From the NCBI GenBank assembly GCA_041179405.1, contig JBEGTN010000152.1, positions 1 through 40,610 of the forward strand: a stretch of 40,610 bases of DNA, read 5' to 3'. Both the position numbers and the translations under genes were made by a program. How positions within the stretch are numbered: the first letter of the stretch is position 1; the number at the start of each line of letters is the position of its first letter. The notes beneath the pieces were generated by a model that searched no databases, had not been told where the DNA came from, and worked only from the letters and a program-made list of their open reading frames with translations. This DNA is from Verrucomicrobiota bacterium. GTDB lineage: Bacteria > Verrucomicrobiota > Verrucomicrobiia > Opitutales > Opitutaceae. Below, piece by piece: positions 8,756 through 19,220 of the stretch.

Positions 8756-8930
8756 CAGCCTCTTGGTTGGCAACGGGGATAGGGTGCGGCCATTTTCGCT
8801 ACTGCCCCTTCCAACCTTTTTTCAACCTCAACAATCGCATCCCCAGCGAGATTTTTCTAGGTCGGCCACGCTTTGGCCATTTCGTTTCACGTTTAGGACC
8901 GTTTGCCCAACCCCTCCGCCTATTTTGCTT

Positions 8931-11900
8931 ATGAATGTATCACTAACCTCCCCATCACAATTCGGTCTCAAGTGGGCCGATTGTTTTTCTAAACTCGGTA
9001 ATCGAATTTCCAATATTGGTTTGAAGTCTCTGGCTGCGGCTGTGGGACTGATGATTATCTCGACTCCTGCGGCCAAGGCCCAGTGGACCTATGCTAGCGG
9101 TAACTTAAATGCAGCTCAAACCTATGATGGAGTGGGCGTAGATAGTGCTCTAAATCCGCGTAGCCAAGGTGCGACTAGTCACAATGACTACATTGGCGTT
9201 GGGGGCACCGGCAGTATCACGGTGGCGTCAGGTTCACTGACGATATTAGCTAACGATTTTAAATTTGGGCGAAACACAGCTGGCAGTGTCGGAAACTTAA
9301 CCGTCGCCAGCGGTGCCAGCTTTAATATAAATCAAACTAATCAATGGGGCGGTGGTATTGGTGCGGGGCCTAACAATACTACATCTGTTGTTGGCGTCGC
9401 GAATATAGCGGGCACGATGAACTGGTATCTCTCTGGTTCGAGTGAGCAGACCTTTATCATTGGCAACGGTGGTTCAGGAACCTTTGGCACCCTCAATATG
9501 AATGGAGGAACAATGGTGATCGAGCTGGATTCAACCCAGGCTACCAATGCGACCCCTGGTCTCCGAGTTGGCTCAGGTGGGGCCGGAACTGGTGCTATCA
9601 ACCTAAATTCCGGTCTCTTGCAGGTGAAGGGCAATCTTCCTTTCGCTTTGGGTGGTCAATGGAACACTTTCACCACCACGCCCGCGTTTGCGGAAAACGG
9701 TAACGGGACCATCACCGTGAACAATGGTTCATTGGAATTACTCGGATCGAGTTTTTTCGCAGTCGGCACCACCGGTGACTATGTTAATTTCATTGTCGGC
9801 GGGACAGGGCATCTTTCGATCGTCGGATGGGATAATGTTACCGATCCCAGTTACACCAAATTCAAGGCGTTGATTGACGCTGGCAAGATTCGTTTGAACG
9901 GAGCAACGGTGACCGTCGGTGACTATTCTGGCTTCATTTTCTCCACAACCGGCTCCCAAGGTGTGTTGGCGGCAGTGAGCAATCTCGCGGTTCCTTCTTT
10001 TATCACACAACCGATTGCGATCACCAAATTTGTCGGTCAAAGCGCATCCTTTACCTCAACTGTTGCCGGCAATCCTACCCCAACTGTTCAGTGGGAAAAA
10101 TCCACTAATGGTGGCACGAGTTGGTCTCCTGTATCGGGTGCCACTTCCACCAGTCTCAGTTTTGCGTCCTTGGTTTATGCCAACAACGGACTCTATCGCT
10201 TGGTCGCCACAAATAGCCAAGGTTCGGCCACGAGCACCCAAGTTCTGATGACGGTTACCTATCCCGTGCCAACCATCGTCACCGCTCCAGCCAGCCAGAC
10301 TGTGCTTATCGGCGGCAACACAACGCTCAGTGTGAGCGCGACGGGTATCGGATCCTTGACTTATCAATGGCAGAAAGCCGGCGTGGATATTGTTGGTCAA
10401 ACTGGCACTTCTTTGGTGCTCACCAATCTACAGCCTGCGGATGCCGCCATCTACACTGTGGTCGTGACCGATCATGCCGCCGAGGCCGATGCGCTGGTCG
10501 CCACCACGATCCCGGTGAGTGCGTATGTAGGAGTGCTAAACGCTTCCACGCCGAGCCATGCCATAAGCCTAAACTTCGTGGGTGCGGCTCCGGGTGGTAA
10601 CAGTTTTTCTGCTGCCTCGGATCTCGGCGTTCTTGCGGGCGCTGATAGCGCCGGTGTTCTTCCGGTCGCAAATTGGAATAACTCTGCGGCCGTAAATGCC
10701 GTTCCAGTTCAAACCACACCCTTGGCCTTGGTTGATAATATGGCTGTGACCAGCACGGTTTCCGCCACTTGGAGTTCTGCGAATACTTGGGCTGCTTCGG
10801 CCTCTGGAGGCGCGGCCGCTTCGAAGACTGCGGATGGGCGCCTTTACCACGGCTACATAGAGCGTCGTGCGACAGTTTCTCCCGGAAATTCTTCAGTCAG
10901 CTTCACTCAAATCCCCTATGGCACCTATGACGTTTATATCTACGTTATCGGTGGAGCACTTGATGTCGTTGGCCAGGCCAGTATCAATGGTAACACCGCC
11001 AATTCCTATTTTTATAAGGCCTATGGCGCAGCGGTCGGATTCCCTGGCTATGTGCAGGCGACGGCTACGACCTTGGCTGATGCTCAAGCACAAGGTTATC
11101 GTGCTACTTTTGTTCGTTTTGCCGGAGTCACGGGCAGCAGCTTGACCGTTGCGGTGGCGGATGCCGTGAGCGGCCAGAACGCCGGTGGCATTGCCGCCAT
11201 CAGCATCGTGGACACAACCCCCGCTGGCAGTGCATATCCTCCGCTTATTTCATCTGTTCCGGTGAGTGCGCTTAAATTGGGCGGCGAAAGCGCCACTTTC
11301 TCAGTGGTCGCGACATCGGTCAATCCCAGTGGCGTGATCAGCTACCAATGGTTGAAAAACGGAAGCCCGATTTCAGGCCAGACGGCGGCCTCTTTGCCTT
11401 TGTCGAATCTTACCTCGGCTGATACTGCAAGCTACTCTGTGATCGTTACGGATACGTCAACCGCTGTCGGTTCCCCCACCAGTCTGACCGTCGGTGCATC
11501 CTTGGTTGTCGTTGATGGCAGTCGGTCCGCCTTGCTGAACGTTGATTTTGGCACGAGTGCCACCTCTCTCACCGGAGTAATGGTGGGGGATGGAATTTTG
11601 CGTTCTACTGGGGTTCCCGCCTCGGGCGCGAATACAGGTCTTGGCGTTAACACCGGTGGCCCCGGCACCGCGCTCTGGAACGGCCTTACTGGTGCCGCTG
11701 GCACCACCACCTATGGAAGTCTGAAGGAATCCACCGGACTATCGCTTGCTGGAGTGACTTTTGCGGTGAACGGCGCAGGCGGAGTGGAGGATAACATTAC
11801 CGTTGGCACGCTTGGCAGCGTAACTGACGGAGCCGGTCCGTTGATGCGAGACTACCTTTTCGTGGACACACCGGCTACTGGGATGACTTGCACCGTTGGC

Positions 11901-13778
11901 GGATTGGCCGGGTTCGTTGGGAAAAAGGTCACGCTGGTCGTCTATGCTGTCGGCAAGCTCAGCACCTTGTTTGGTGAAGCTGCGACCAACGATGGCGCTA
12001 CAGTCACTCTTTCGGGCGACAATAACTACCTCGGCACCGCCCCCTTTATCACACATAACATTGAGGGACGTGACCTGAACTTTAACCTGGAGGCTTACGC
12101 TGTTTATGAGGGAATCGTGAGCGCCACCGGCACCGTTTCTTGGACGCTCGGAGCCGATACCGATCTCGGTCGTATCCCGCTCAACGGTTTCCAATTGTTG
12201 ATTACAAGCGCCAACGCTGACATCGCTCCGGCAATCAATACCCAACCGGTGAGCGTAACTCGCTTGGCTGGCTTGCCGGTGACCTTCACCGCAGGTGTCA
12301 CCGCCAGTCCGGCGGCCACCCTGCAGTGGCAAAAGTCCACCAACGGCATTGATTGGACCAATGTATCCGGTGCCAACAGCACCTCATACGATATCGCGAG
12401 CGTGAGCAGCATTGATACGGCCAGCTACCGGGTGGTAGCGACCAATACGGCTGGATCTGCCACCAGTTCCGCCGCAGTTCTGACGGTGCAGACTTACCCG
12501 ATGTCCTCCAGCCGGGGCATAAATGTGAATTGGCAACGCATCGCCCAGGCCTCCTCGGTGTTGGCCCCCACCGATCAAGCCGGCGTGGTCAGTTTGTCTC
12601 ATTGGAATAATCGCACCGCCTCGGCGACGGCCTTCCCTAATCTCTTGGATAGTAGTGGTGAGACCACGGCCGCGTCCGTTGCACTTGGCGCAGGTGGTGA
12701 TTGGTTTGCCTTCAGCCCAATCGCTACCCACCCCATGCAAAAGCTCTTTCAAGCTTATTGGGACGCTACCCCCGGTGCTTCTGCTGTCGGCGCATCCGCA
12801 ACGATGACCATCTCGGGGCTGACTTACACCAACTATGATGTCTATCTGTATTTAGCGACCGACGGAGTAGATAATAGTCGCACTGCACAGGTTTCGATCA
12901 ATGGCGGTGCTCCGGTCTATGGTAAGGTGATGGGCTCCGCTCAAGCTTCGGCGATTCCGCTCTACATGGCCCAAGCCACTGCGACCACGGCGGAAACTGC
13001 CACCTTGTCGAATTATGTGAAGGTCACGGCCCTCACCGGTTCCAGCTTTACGGTTACCTTGACCAAGGTTGATACCAATTACGGCATCGCTGGCATTCAG
13101 ATCGTGAATACTGGCACCACTGCTCCGACTACCGTGGTCGGACTAACAGGCACCCCAAATAACGCTCAAGCTACGCTGGTTTGGACCGCCACCGCTGGGG
13201 CGACCAGTTACAACGTGTATCGCGCCGCGATGTCCGGCGGGGCCTACACCCGCATCGCGACTAATGTGAGCACTACCAACTATACTGACACTGGCCTCAC
13301 GAACAGCACGCCTTACTACTATGTCGTCAAGGCGGTAAATGCCGGCGGCGCAAGTGATGCCTACTCAAGCGAAGTCAGTGTCACGCCCGGAAACACGTTG
13401 ACCGCCATTCAGACGTGGCGGCAGACGAATTTCGGCACTTCAGTCAACAGCGGCAATGGAGCCGATGTGGCCGATCCGGATGGCGATGGAGTCTCAAATC
13501 TGCTCGAATATGCTTCCGGCACCAATCCGAACCTTGCGAACACTGGCTCGGTGATCGTTACGGCGGTCGCGACCGACAAGCTGACCTTGAGTTTCGTTCA
13601 CATTGACGATCCCACGCTTAGCTACGTGGTCGAGGCCAGCAACGATCTCACGGGTGCTTGGACAACTGCGCAAACCTACACCGGATTCACCACGGCCGCT
13701 ACCACGACCTACACCGATACCGCCTTGTTGAGCGTAACCCCGCGCCGGTTCCTTCGCCTCAAGATCGTCCTGCCTTAA
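8931..13778 (+). CDS. Large secreted modular protein (~1615 aa): beta-repeat N-terminus, several Ig-like (I-set) domains, unnamed beta-sandwich modules, FN3, conserved C-terminal domain
   Basis: ATG 8931 is preferred because the upstream in-frame part holds the operator. Signal peptide ends ...TPAAKA|QW. Ig motifs such as P.I.TQP...YQW.K...Y.V.ATN..GS.TS, an FN3 (ATSYNVYR...YTDTGL...YYYVV) and C-terminal DPDGDG..RRFLRL. No catalytic motif recognised. Confidence 0.85.
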   Translation: MNVSLTSPSQFGLKWADCFSKLGNRISNIGLKSLAAAVGLMIISTPAAKAQWTYASGNLNAAQTYDGVGVDSALNPRSQGATSHNDYIGVGGTGSITVASGSLTILANDFKFGRNTAGSVGNLTVASGASFNINQTNQWGGGIGAGPNNTTSVVGVANIAGTMNWYLSGSSEQTFIIGNGGSGTFGTLNMNGGTMVIELDSTQATNATPGLRVGSGGAGTGAINLNSGLLQVKGNLPFALGGQWNTFTTTPAFAENGNGTITVNNGSLELLGSSFFAVGTTGDYVNFIVGGTGHLSIVGWDNVTDPSYTKFKALIDAGKIRLNGATVTVGDYSGFIFSTTGSQGVLAAVSNLAVPSFITQPIAITKFVGQSASFTSTVAGNPTPTVQWEKSTNGGTSWSPVSGATSTSLSFASLVYANNGLYRLVATNSQGSATSTQVLMTVTYPVPTIVTAPASQTVLIGGNTTLSVSATGIGSLTYQWQKAGVDIVGQTGTSLVLTNLQPADAAIYTVVVTDHAAEADALVATTIPVSAYVGVLNASTPSHAISLNFVGAAPGGNSFSAASDLGVLAGADSAGVLPVANWNNSAAVNAVPVQTTPLALVDNMAVTSTVSATWSSANTWAASASGGAAASKTADGRLYHGYIERRATVSPGNSSVSFTQIPYGTYDVYIYVIGGALDVVGQASINGNTANSYFYKAYGAAVGFPGYVQATATTLADAQAQGYRATFVRFAGVTGSSLTVAVADAVSGQNAGGIAAISIVDTTPAGSAYPPLISSVPVSALKLGGESATFSVVATSVNPSGVISYQWLKNGSPISGQTAASLPLSNLTSADTASYSVIVTDTSTAVGSPTSLTVGASLVVVDGSRSALLNVDFGTSATSLTGVMVGDGILRSTGVPASGANTGLGVNTGGPGTALWNGLTGAAGTTTYGSLKESTGLSLAGVTFAVNGAGGVEDNITVGTLGSVTDGAGPLMRDYLFVDTPATGMTCTVGGLAGFVGKKVTLVVYAVGKLSTLFGEAATNDGATVTLSGDNNYLGTAPFITHNIEGRDLNFNLEAYAVYEGIVSATGTVSWTLGADTDLGRIPLNGFQLLITSANADIAPAINTQPVSVTRLAGLPVTFTAGVTASPAATLQWQKSTNGIDWTNVSGANSTSYDIASVSSIDTASYRVVATNTAGSATSSAAVLTVQTYPMSSSRGINVNWQRIAQASSVLAPTDQAGVVSLSHWNNRTASATAFPNLLDSSGETTAASVALGAGGDWFAFSPIATHPMQKLFQAYWDATPGASAVGASATMTISGLTYTNYDVYLYLATDGVDNSRTAQVSINGGAPVYGKVMGSAQASAIPLYMAQATATTAETATLSNYVKVTALTGSSFTVTLTKVDTNYGIAGIQIVNTGTTAPTTVVGLTGTPNNAQATLVWTATAGATSYNVYRAAMSGGAYTRIATNVSTTNYTDTGLTNSTPYYYVVKAVNAGGASDAYSSEVSVTPGNTLTAIQTWRQTNFGTSVNSGNGADVADPDGDGVSNLLEYASGTNPNLANTGSVIVTAVATDKLTLSFVHIDDPTLSYVVEASNDLTGAWTTAQTYTGFTTAATTTYTDTALLSVTPRRFLRLKIVLP

Positions 13779-13797
13779 TTCTTGTTGCGCATAATTC

Positions 13798-13835
13798 AAT
13801 CCGCCAGATCCGGGATGCCGGCTGGCGGATTTTTT
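13798..13835 (+). terminator. Intrinsic terminator
   Basis: AATCCGCCAG...CTGGCGGATT stem followed by TTTT, 19 nt after the stop. Confidence 0.85.
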
Positions 13836-13874
13836 GTGTCTATATGGCTTCGGTGCTCAGGCATTAAAAATTCA

Positions 13875-13888
13875 GTTAACAGCGTAGC
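13875..13888 (+). promoter_or_regulatory. Operator-like 14-mer upstream of the dehydrogenase
   Basis: GTTAACAGCGTAGC, with TGGCCC 12 nt downstream. Confidence 0.65.
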
Positions 13889-13974
13889 ATGCATAAGCGG
13901 TGGCCCGAGTCGGCGATGTGGGATACCTATGTATTCTCAATCGCATGGAGTTCTATCTGTGTGATTAAAACCCT

Positions 13975-15036
13975 ATGTCTGCAAATAGTTTACCCAGTGC
14001 ATTGGTTGATGCCGGAGCACCTCGCGAAGTGTGTTCACGGCGGCGTAAGGCCCTGTTTCTAATGGACCCAGGTTCTCATGCGTTAGTTTATGGAACGGAG
14101 GAGGTAATGGAGATTAAAAAGATCGCTGAAATTTCAGATCCAGTAGTGCCGTTTAAGGAATGGCACCGGCATCCAGAAGTTTTGGCTGATACCGAGATTA
14201 TTTTCTCAGGGTGGAGTGCGCCGTTGATGGATGAGAGCTTTCTGAGATGCGCGCCTAAGCTAAAGGCGGTTTTTTATGGAGCAGGCTCAGTCCGGTATTT
14301 CGTTACCGAAGCGCTTTGGAATCGGGGTATTTTAGTTTCCAGCGCCTCTTCGGCAAATGCCATTCCCGTGGCTGAATATACGGTGGGGGTCACTCTGCTA
14401 AGCCTGCGTGATTTCTGGCACAGGTCGGCCTTGGCCAAACGAGGAACAGGATGGGGTGATCACACTCGTCCCATCCAAGGCTCTTTTCGTGCCACGGTGG
14501 GACTGCTCTCTTTTGGGATGATTGCGCGGACCGCAGCGCGCATGTTGCGTAATTTCGATATTCGAGTGCTTGTTTACTGCCCGTATCTTAACGCGTCCGA
14601 GGCCAAGGCTGCGGGTGTGGAAAAAGTTGGGCTTAATGAATTATTTACGCGTTCAGACGTCATTTCCGTGCATACTCCTGTGCTACCCGAGACCATTGGC
14701 TTGGTGAATGCGCGGCTAGTCTCTTCGATGAAACACGGGGCTACGCTTATAAACACCGCCCGAGGAGTCATCCTTGCGCAGCGTGAGGTCGAGGATGTGC
14801 TACGTCGTCGTCCCGATCTTCAAGCAGTGCTTGATGTCACCGATCCAGAGCCGCCCAAGGCGGACGATTCGCTTCTGACTTTGCCCAACGTCACGGTGAC
14901 ATCTCACATCGCCGGTTCACATGGTCGTGATTGCCAACGTATGGGGCACTATATGGTCGAGGAGTTAAAAAACTATCTGGCCGGTCGGCCTCTGCGTTGG
15001 AATGTCACTCGCGATATGGTTGCGCGCATGGCCTAG
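13975..15036 (+). CDS. D-isomer-specific 2-hydroxyacid dehydrogenase family protein
   Basis: Motifs ANAIPVAEY, SDVISVHTP..PET.GLVN, LINTARG, LDVTDPEP and TSHIAG. Confidence 0.9.
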   Translation: MSANSLPSALVDAGAPREVCSRRRKALFLMDPGSHALVYGTEEVMEIKKIAEISDPVVPFKEWHRHPEVLADTEIIFSGWSAPLMDESFLRCAPKLKAVFYGAGSVRYFVTEALWNRGILVSSASSANAIPVAEYTVGVTLLSLRDFWHRSALAKRGTGWGDHTRPIQGSFRATVGLLSFGMIARTAARMLRNFDIRVLVYCPYLNASEAKAAGVEKVGLNELFTRSDVISVHTPVLPETIGLVNARLVSSMKHGATLINTARGVILAQREVEDVLRRRPDLQAVLDVTDPEPPKADDSLLTLPNVTVTSHIAGSHGRDCQRMGHYMVEELKNYLAGRPLRWNVTRDMVARMA

Positions 15037-15094
15037 TCTTTTCGAAGGCGGTTAGATGCCTAATCTCATTTTTAGATTTTTTAGCAAATTGGCA

Positions 15095-15108
15095 TTTAAC
15101 CGTGTAGC
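15095..15108 (+). promoter_or_regulatory. Degenerate operator-like copy upstream of the transporter
   Basis: TTTAACCGTGTAGC, three mismatches to GTTAACAGGGTAGC. Confidence 0.4.
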
Positions 15109-15236
15109 TAAGGTATGTTTTTACGGTCAATATCCAGTCTGTGGTTTTTTTGGTGCTGATCGACTGGCGGTCCGTCTCTTGGCCTACGCGAATCAGGGAT
15201 AAACCTACCGCTCGACTTTCCCTCTTATTTCTACTC

Positions 15237-16667
15237 ATGCGTAACCCCGCCCCTAAACCTTATTCCGCTCCGCCTCGTCAAGTCTGGGCGTGGGGGACCG
15301 GGGGCATCGCCAATCATATTCTTATTTGCACCTATGGGCAGGCGACCGCGATTTTCACCATCGGGTTTTCACTGGATGCGTCACTGGTTGCGTGGGCCAT
15401 TATGTTGCCGCGCCTGATTGATGGTGTAACAGATCCGATACTCGGGCATCTCTCGGACAACACCCACACGCGCTGGGGGAGGCGCAAGCCCTTTCTCGTG
15501 CTTGGTTCTTTGCTCGCTGCCGTTTCGCTCGTTGCGCTTTGGTGGGCGGATCGTGAATGGTCATCGTTCGCGCAACTCGCCTACTTGTTCGTGTTCGGCA
15601 CGCTCTTTTACTGCGCGTGGGGGCTCTATTCGATGTCGTGGAATGCCATTGGCTACGAATTGACCGATGATTATCACGAGCGTTCCCGAATCTCGGCGAT
15701 TGGCAGTCTTTTCCTGGCCGTCGTTTTACTCGGCAATAGTTGGACTTATTGGTTCGCGCTTCGCCCCTTCTTTGGCAACGAGATCAACGGCATTCGCTGG
15801 ATTGCGGGCGGAGTGGCCATTATTGCGGTCGTTAGTGCGCTCGTGGCTACGCTGGTCTGCAAAGAGCGTTTTACCCACGCTAATACGAAGAAGCACAAGG
15901 TCGCCATGCTTCCCGCGCTTCGGACCACGATTAAAAATCACGCCTTTCGCAGTCTGATGTTGATCAAGATTTGCCAGACGCTCGGCGAACGAGCCGCCGG
16001 CGGCATCCTTTTTTTTGTTGGCATATACTTCGTTTGCCAAGGCGACAAAAGCCTCGCGACCAAGATCACGGGTATTGGCGGTGTGGTCGGCACGGTGTGG
16101 AGCTTCGCCAGCGTGCCGCTGATCAAGCCCATCAGCCGGTGGCTGGGCAAAAAGGGAGGGCTCATTTTAGGGGCTAGTGGAAGCCTCGCCGCCGCGCTCA
16201 TTACGCCTTTTGCTTACTCTCCGGAGCATCCTTATTGGATGCTCTTCCCGGCTATCATGGTGGTTACCCTGCTATCGATCAGTAACACCATTGCCAACGC
16301 GATCATGCCGGACATTTGCGACGTGGACGAAGTTGAGTCGGGGCAGCGACGCGAGGGGCTCTTCACCGCCGTTATGGGGTTCGTGCAAAAGATCGAGATA
16401 TCGCTGTGCGCGCTTTTAGTGGGCTACCTCGTCGTTTGGTCCGGCCTCGACACCAAGGTCGCGAACCAGCCCGATTGGGTGTTACACCGGCTCTTCTGGT
16501 TGGCGGTGGTGCCTAATATTATCTTTACCGCTGGCTACTTTTTTTTGGCACTGCGGTTTCCGCTCACTGAAAAGGCTATGATCGAGGTGAGGGAGAAGCT
16601 GGATCAACGCCATCGTGCCGAGACCACCGACAACGATGCAAAGGCGAGCGCGACGGTGGCGGTGTGA
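15237..16667 (+). CDS. MFS transporter, GPH (glycoside-pentoside-hexuronide:cation symporter) family
   Basis: Motifs DGVTDPILGHLSDNTHTRWGRRKPF, ELTDDYHERSRI and DICDVDEVESGQRREGLF, with about 12 hydrophobic segments. ATG 15237 preferred. Confidence 0.92.
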   Translation: MRNPAPKPYSAPPRQVWAWGTGGIANHILICTYGQATAIFTIGFSLDASLVAWAIMLPRLIDGVTDPILGHLSDNTHTRWGRRKPFLVLGSLLAAVSLVALWWADREWSSFAQLAYLFVFGTLFYCAWGLYSMSWNAIGYELTDDYHERSRISAIGSLFLAVVLLGNSWTYWFALRPFFGNEINGIRWIAGGVAIIAVVSALVATLVCKERFTHANTKKHKVAMLPALRTTIKNHAFRSLMLIKICQTLGERAAGGILFFVGIYFVCQGDKSLATKITGIGGVVGTVWSFASVPLIKPISRWLGKKGGLILGASGSLAAALITPFAYSPEHPYWMLFPAIMVVTLLSISNTIANAIMPDICDVDEVESGQRREGLFTAVMGFVQKIEISLCALLVGYLVVWSGLDTKVANQPDWVLHRLFWLAVVPNIIFTAGYFFLALRFPLTEKAMIEVREKLDQRHRAETTDNDAKASATVAV

Positions 16668-16697
16668 CCGGTCGCTGGCGCGTGTGCCCCCGTTTTT

Positions 16698-18860
16698 ATG
16701 TCCATGGAAATCTTATCATCCTGGCCGGTCGCCGATACGACCCTCCGTTATCTTCACGATCCCGTTTCCGGTGCGGTGACGTTTCAATTGATCCCCACCG
16801 CGCGTATCCCGGTGCTCGTTAAACGTCGGGCTACGCTCGGGGGCGAGTTCTACATTGATTCCGGCCCTGAGCCGGTGCCTCCGCTTGCCTCTGTGCCCGA
16901 TCCACTCGTGCATGTGAAACGCGTTGGCGACAGTTATCCGGGCGCCTTCGCGCAAGGGCACACTTTGCGTTCCGCGCCCGCTAACTCTGCGTTTAAATTT
17001 GTGAAACAAACGCACGAAGTGATCGAGGCGCGCACTGTGGTAAGCACCATTCTGTCCGACGAGGTCGCCGGGCACCTGATCGAACATTGCGCCTCTTGGC
17101 ATGAGGGCGACGCGGCCATTGTGGTGGAAACGAGTTTTTTAAACGACAGTCCGGCTTCAGTTACTTTGGAAATGCTTACCAGCTTTTCGCTCGGCGGGTT
17201 GACGCCCTTTGCTCGGGCTGACGCTTCTGGACGCCTGCGCGTGCATCGTTTCCGTTCCGCATGGAGCGCCGAAGGCCGACACCTCGTCGAGACCCTGGAG
17301 CAGCTCCATCTCGAACGTTCTTGGTCTGGCGCTGGCCTGTTTAGCGAGCGCTTTGGCCAGGTTGGCACCATGCCAGTGCGCCGTTGGTTTCCCTTCGTTG
17401 CGTTGGAGGATACCGAAGCCGGCGTGACTTGGGCCGCGCAAATCGGCTGGGCGGGATCGTGGCAGATGGAGGTATCGCGTCAGAACGACGACGCCTGCAT
17501 CTCCGGTGGTCTGGCCGACCGCGAGTTTGGCCACTGGACGAAGACTGTCGTGTCTGGCGAACTCTTTGACGCCCCTCCCGCCTACCTGACTTGCGTGGTC
17601 GGTGATCTGGACGCCGCCTGTGATCGACTTACTGCCCTCCAGCATCGTCCGGCGGATACGCATCCCGAGAGCGAGCGGAACCTGCCTGTGATTTTCAACG
17701 AGTGGTGCACCACTTGGGGCGATCCGTCGCACGAAAAGGTTACCGCTTTGGCGGATCGTCTCAAGGGCTCCTCCGTGACCACGCTCGTCATCGACGCGGG
17801 CTGGTATAAGGGTGACGGCGGCGACTGGGGTAGTGGCCATGGCGACTGGATACCGAGCGCGACGCTTTTTCCGCAAGGCATTGAGGCCACCGCCGCTGCC
17901 ATCCGTGAACGCGGTCTTATCCCCGGCCTTTGGTTCGAGATGGAGACGGTTGGCGATACTTCCACCGCGTTTTCCTTTGCCGATCATCTGCTCAAGCGCG
18001 ACGGTCTGCCCGTCACCGTGCGTCACCGTCGCTTCTGGGATTTCACCGATCCCTGGGCCTTCGCCTATCTGGAGGAAAAGGTCATCGACCGCCTCGCTGT
18101 CGGCGGATTCGGATATCTGAAAATCGACTACAACGAGACGCTTGGTCTCGGTTCCGATCACTTTGACGGCCTCGGTGAAGGCCTGCGTCAGCAGGTGCTC
18201 GCCACCTATCGTTTTTTTGACCGCCTGCGCGAACGTTTGCCAAACCTTGTTATTGAGAACTGCTCCTCCGGAGGGCATCGCCTGGAGCCTTCCATGCTTG
18301 CGCGCACCGCAATGTCGTCTTTCTCCGACGCACATGAACTGGTGGAGATTCCGATCATCGCAGCCAATCTTCACCGGCTCATGCTGCCGCGTCAGAGCCA
18401 GATTTGGGCGGTGCTCAAACCCACTGATAGCGAGCGCCGTTTGGTTTATTCGCTCGCAGCGACGTTCCTTGGCCGTATGTGCCTTTCGGGTGATGTCGCG
18501 GGGCTTTTACCCGCCCAGTGGCAGACCTCGCTTGCCGCCCAGAGGCTCTATGGTCGCGTGGCACCGATCATTAAGCACGGGGTCAGTCGCCTTCATCGTG
18601 TGTTGGGTGAGAGTTGGCGACACCCGCGCGGCTGGCAGGCGATGGTTCGCACCTCGAGCGACGAACGTCAGACGCTTGTCGTGGCGCATGCGTTCGCGGA
18701 TGCACCTGCCACGGTCTTCGTTCCACTGCCCGGTCCGGGTTGGCGTATCGCCGAGGAGCTTGGTGAGGCGAACGCCGCTCCTGCCGTAGTCGATGGCACT
18801 GGCATTCGTCTGTCATTTGCGGGCGATTTTGTAGGCCGCGTTTTCTATCTCGTTCGCTAA
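16698..18860 (+). CDS. GH36 alpha-galactosidase family glycoside hydrolase
   Basis: Motifs PVIFNEW, LVIDAGW, GLWFEME, GYLKIDYN, IENCSSGGHR and SFSD. No signal peptide. Confidence 0.9.
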   Translation: MSMEILSSWPVADTTLRYLHDPVSGAVTFQLIPTARIPVLVKRRATLGGEFYIDSGPEPVPPLASVPDPLVHVKRVGDSYPGAFAQGHTLRSAPANSAFKFVKQTHEVIEARTVVSTILSDEVAGHLIEHCASWHEGDAAIVVETSFLNDSPASVTLEMLTSFSLGGLTPFARADASGRLRVHRFRSAWSAEGRHLVETLEQLHLERSWSGAGLFSERFGQVGTMPVRRWFPFVALEDTEAGVTWAAQIGWAGSWQMEVSRQNDDACISGGLADREFGHWTKTVVSGELFDAPPAYLTCVVGDLDAACDRLTALQHRPADTHPESERNLPVIFNEWCTTWGDPSHEKVTALADRLKGSSVTTLVIDAGWYKGDGGDWGSGHGDWIPSATLFPQGIEATAAAIRERGLIPGLWFEMETVGDTSTAFSFADHLLKRDGLPVTVRHRRFWDFTDPWAFAYLEEKVIDRLAVGGFGYLKIDYNETLGLGSDHFDGLGEGLRQQVLATYRFFDRLRERLPNLVIENCSSGGHRLEPSMLARTAMSSFSDAHELVEIPIIAANLHRLMLPRQSQIWAVLKPTDSERRLVYSLAATFLGRMCLSGDVAGLLPAQWQTSLAAQRLYGRVAPIIKHGVSRLHRVLGESWRHPRGWQAMVRTSSDERQTLVVAHAFADAPATVFVPLPGPGWRIAEELGEANAAPAVVDGTGIRLSFAGDFVGRVFYLVR

Positions 18861-19017
18861 ATCCGTCAATCTACAGGCCTTTGATCCCTGCTCAGTTTTG
18901 CCCTGTTCTCATTCATCGCATGCATGCGAGCGAAAGTCCGGGTCGCTTCCCGCCACGGATTTGGCGGCGGTCGTCGCCAGGAACGGACAGGCTGTGGTGC
19001 TGGAGCTTGGCGTGTAT

Positions 19018-19031
19018 GTTAACAGGGTAGT
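19018..19031 (+). promoter_or_regulatory. Operator-like 14-mer upstream of the secreted beta-rich protein
   Basis: GTTAACAGGGTAGT, with CTGCGG 12 nt downstream. Confidence 0.7.
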
Positions 19032-19220
19032 AATGGAATTGGACTGCGGAGGTGGTGCGCATGGGTCACACCAGCCTCGCTTCTGCGTATCTCATACCCC
19101 TCTCGGTATCCAATAGTGGATCCGAGAGGATTAACTCAGTCCCTATTCACAGACCGTGCGCGTGTCGTCTTTGATGCGTTGATTCGAGTTTCCGGCTCTG
19201 TTGATCGTTCGTTTTTTATC

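Noticed and set aside
8679-8930. N-terminal extension of the 1699-aa ORF, and similar extensions at 6205, 15141, 19116, 21515 and 30170
   Set aside because: The extensions cover operator/promoter or intergenic DNA, or overlap the previous gene, and push signal peptides inward. Downstream ATGs fit better.
8768-13915. TGGC hexamers read as sigma-54 -24 boxes
   Set aside because: The required -12 TTGC/GC at the correct spacing is missing in the copies checked (8768, 13901 and the minus-strand copy near 6074).
17157-18374. 405-aa antisense ORF, and other long shadow ORFs such as 28999-30024, 27517-28437 and 32159-32995
   Set aside because: They lie opposite well-supported genes, carry no motifs, and are expected from GC-rich codon bias.
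18898-19116. 72-aa ORF between GH36 and the secreted protein
   Set aside because: TTG start, no motifs, and it spans the operator at 19018. More likely regulatory DNA.
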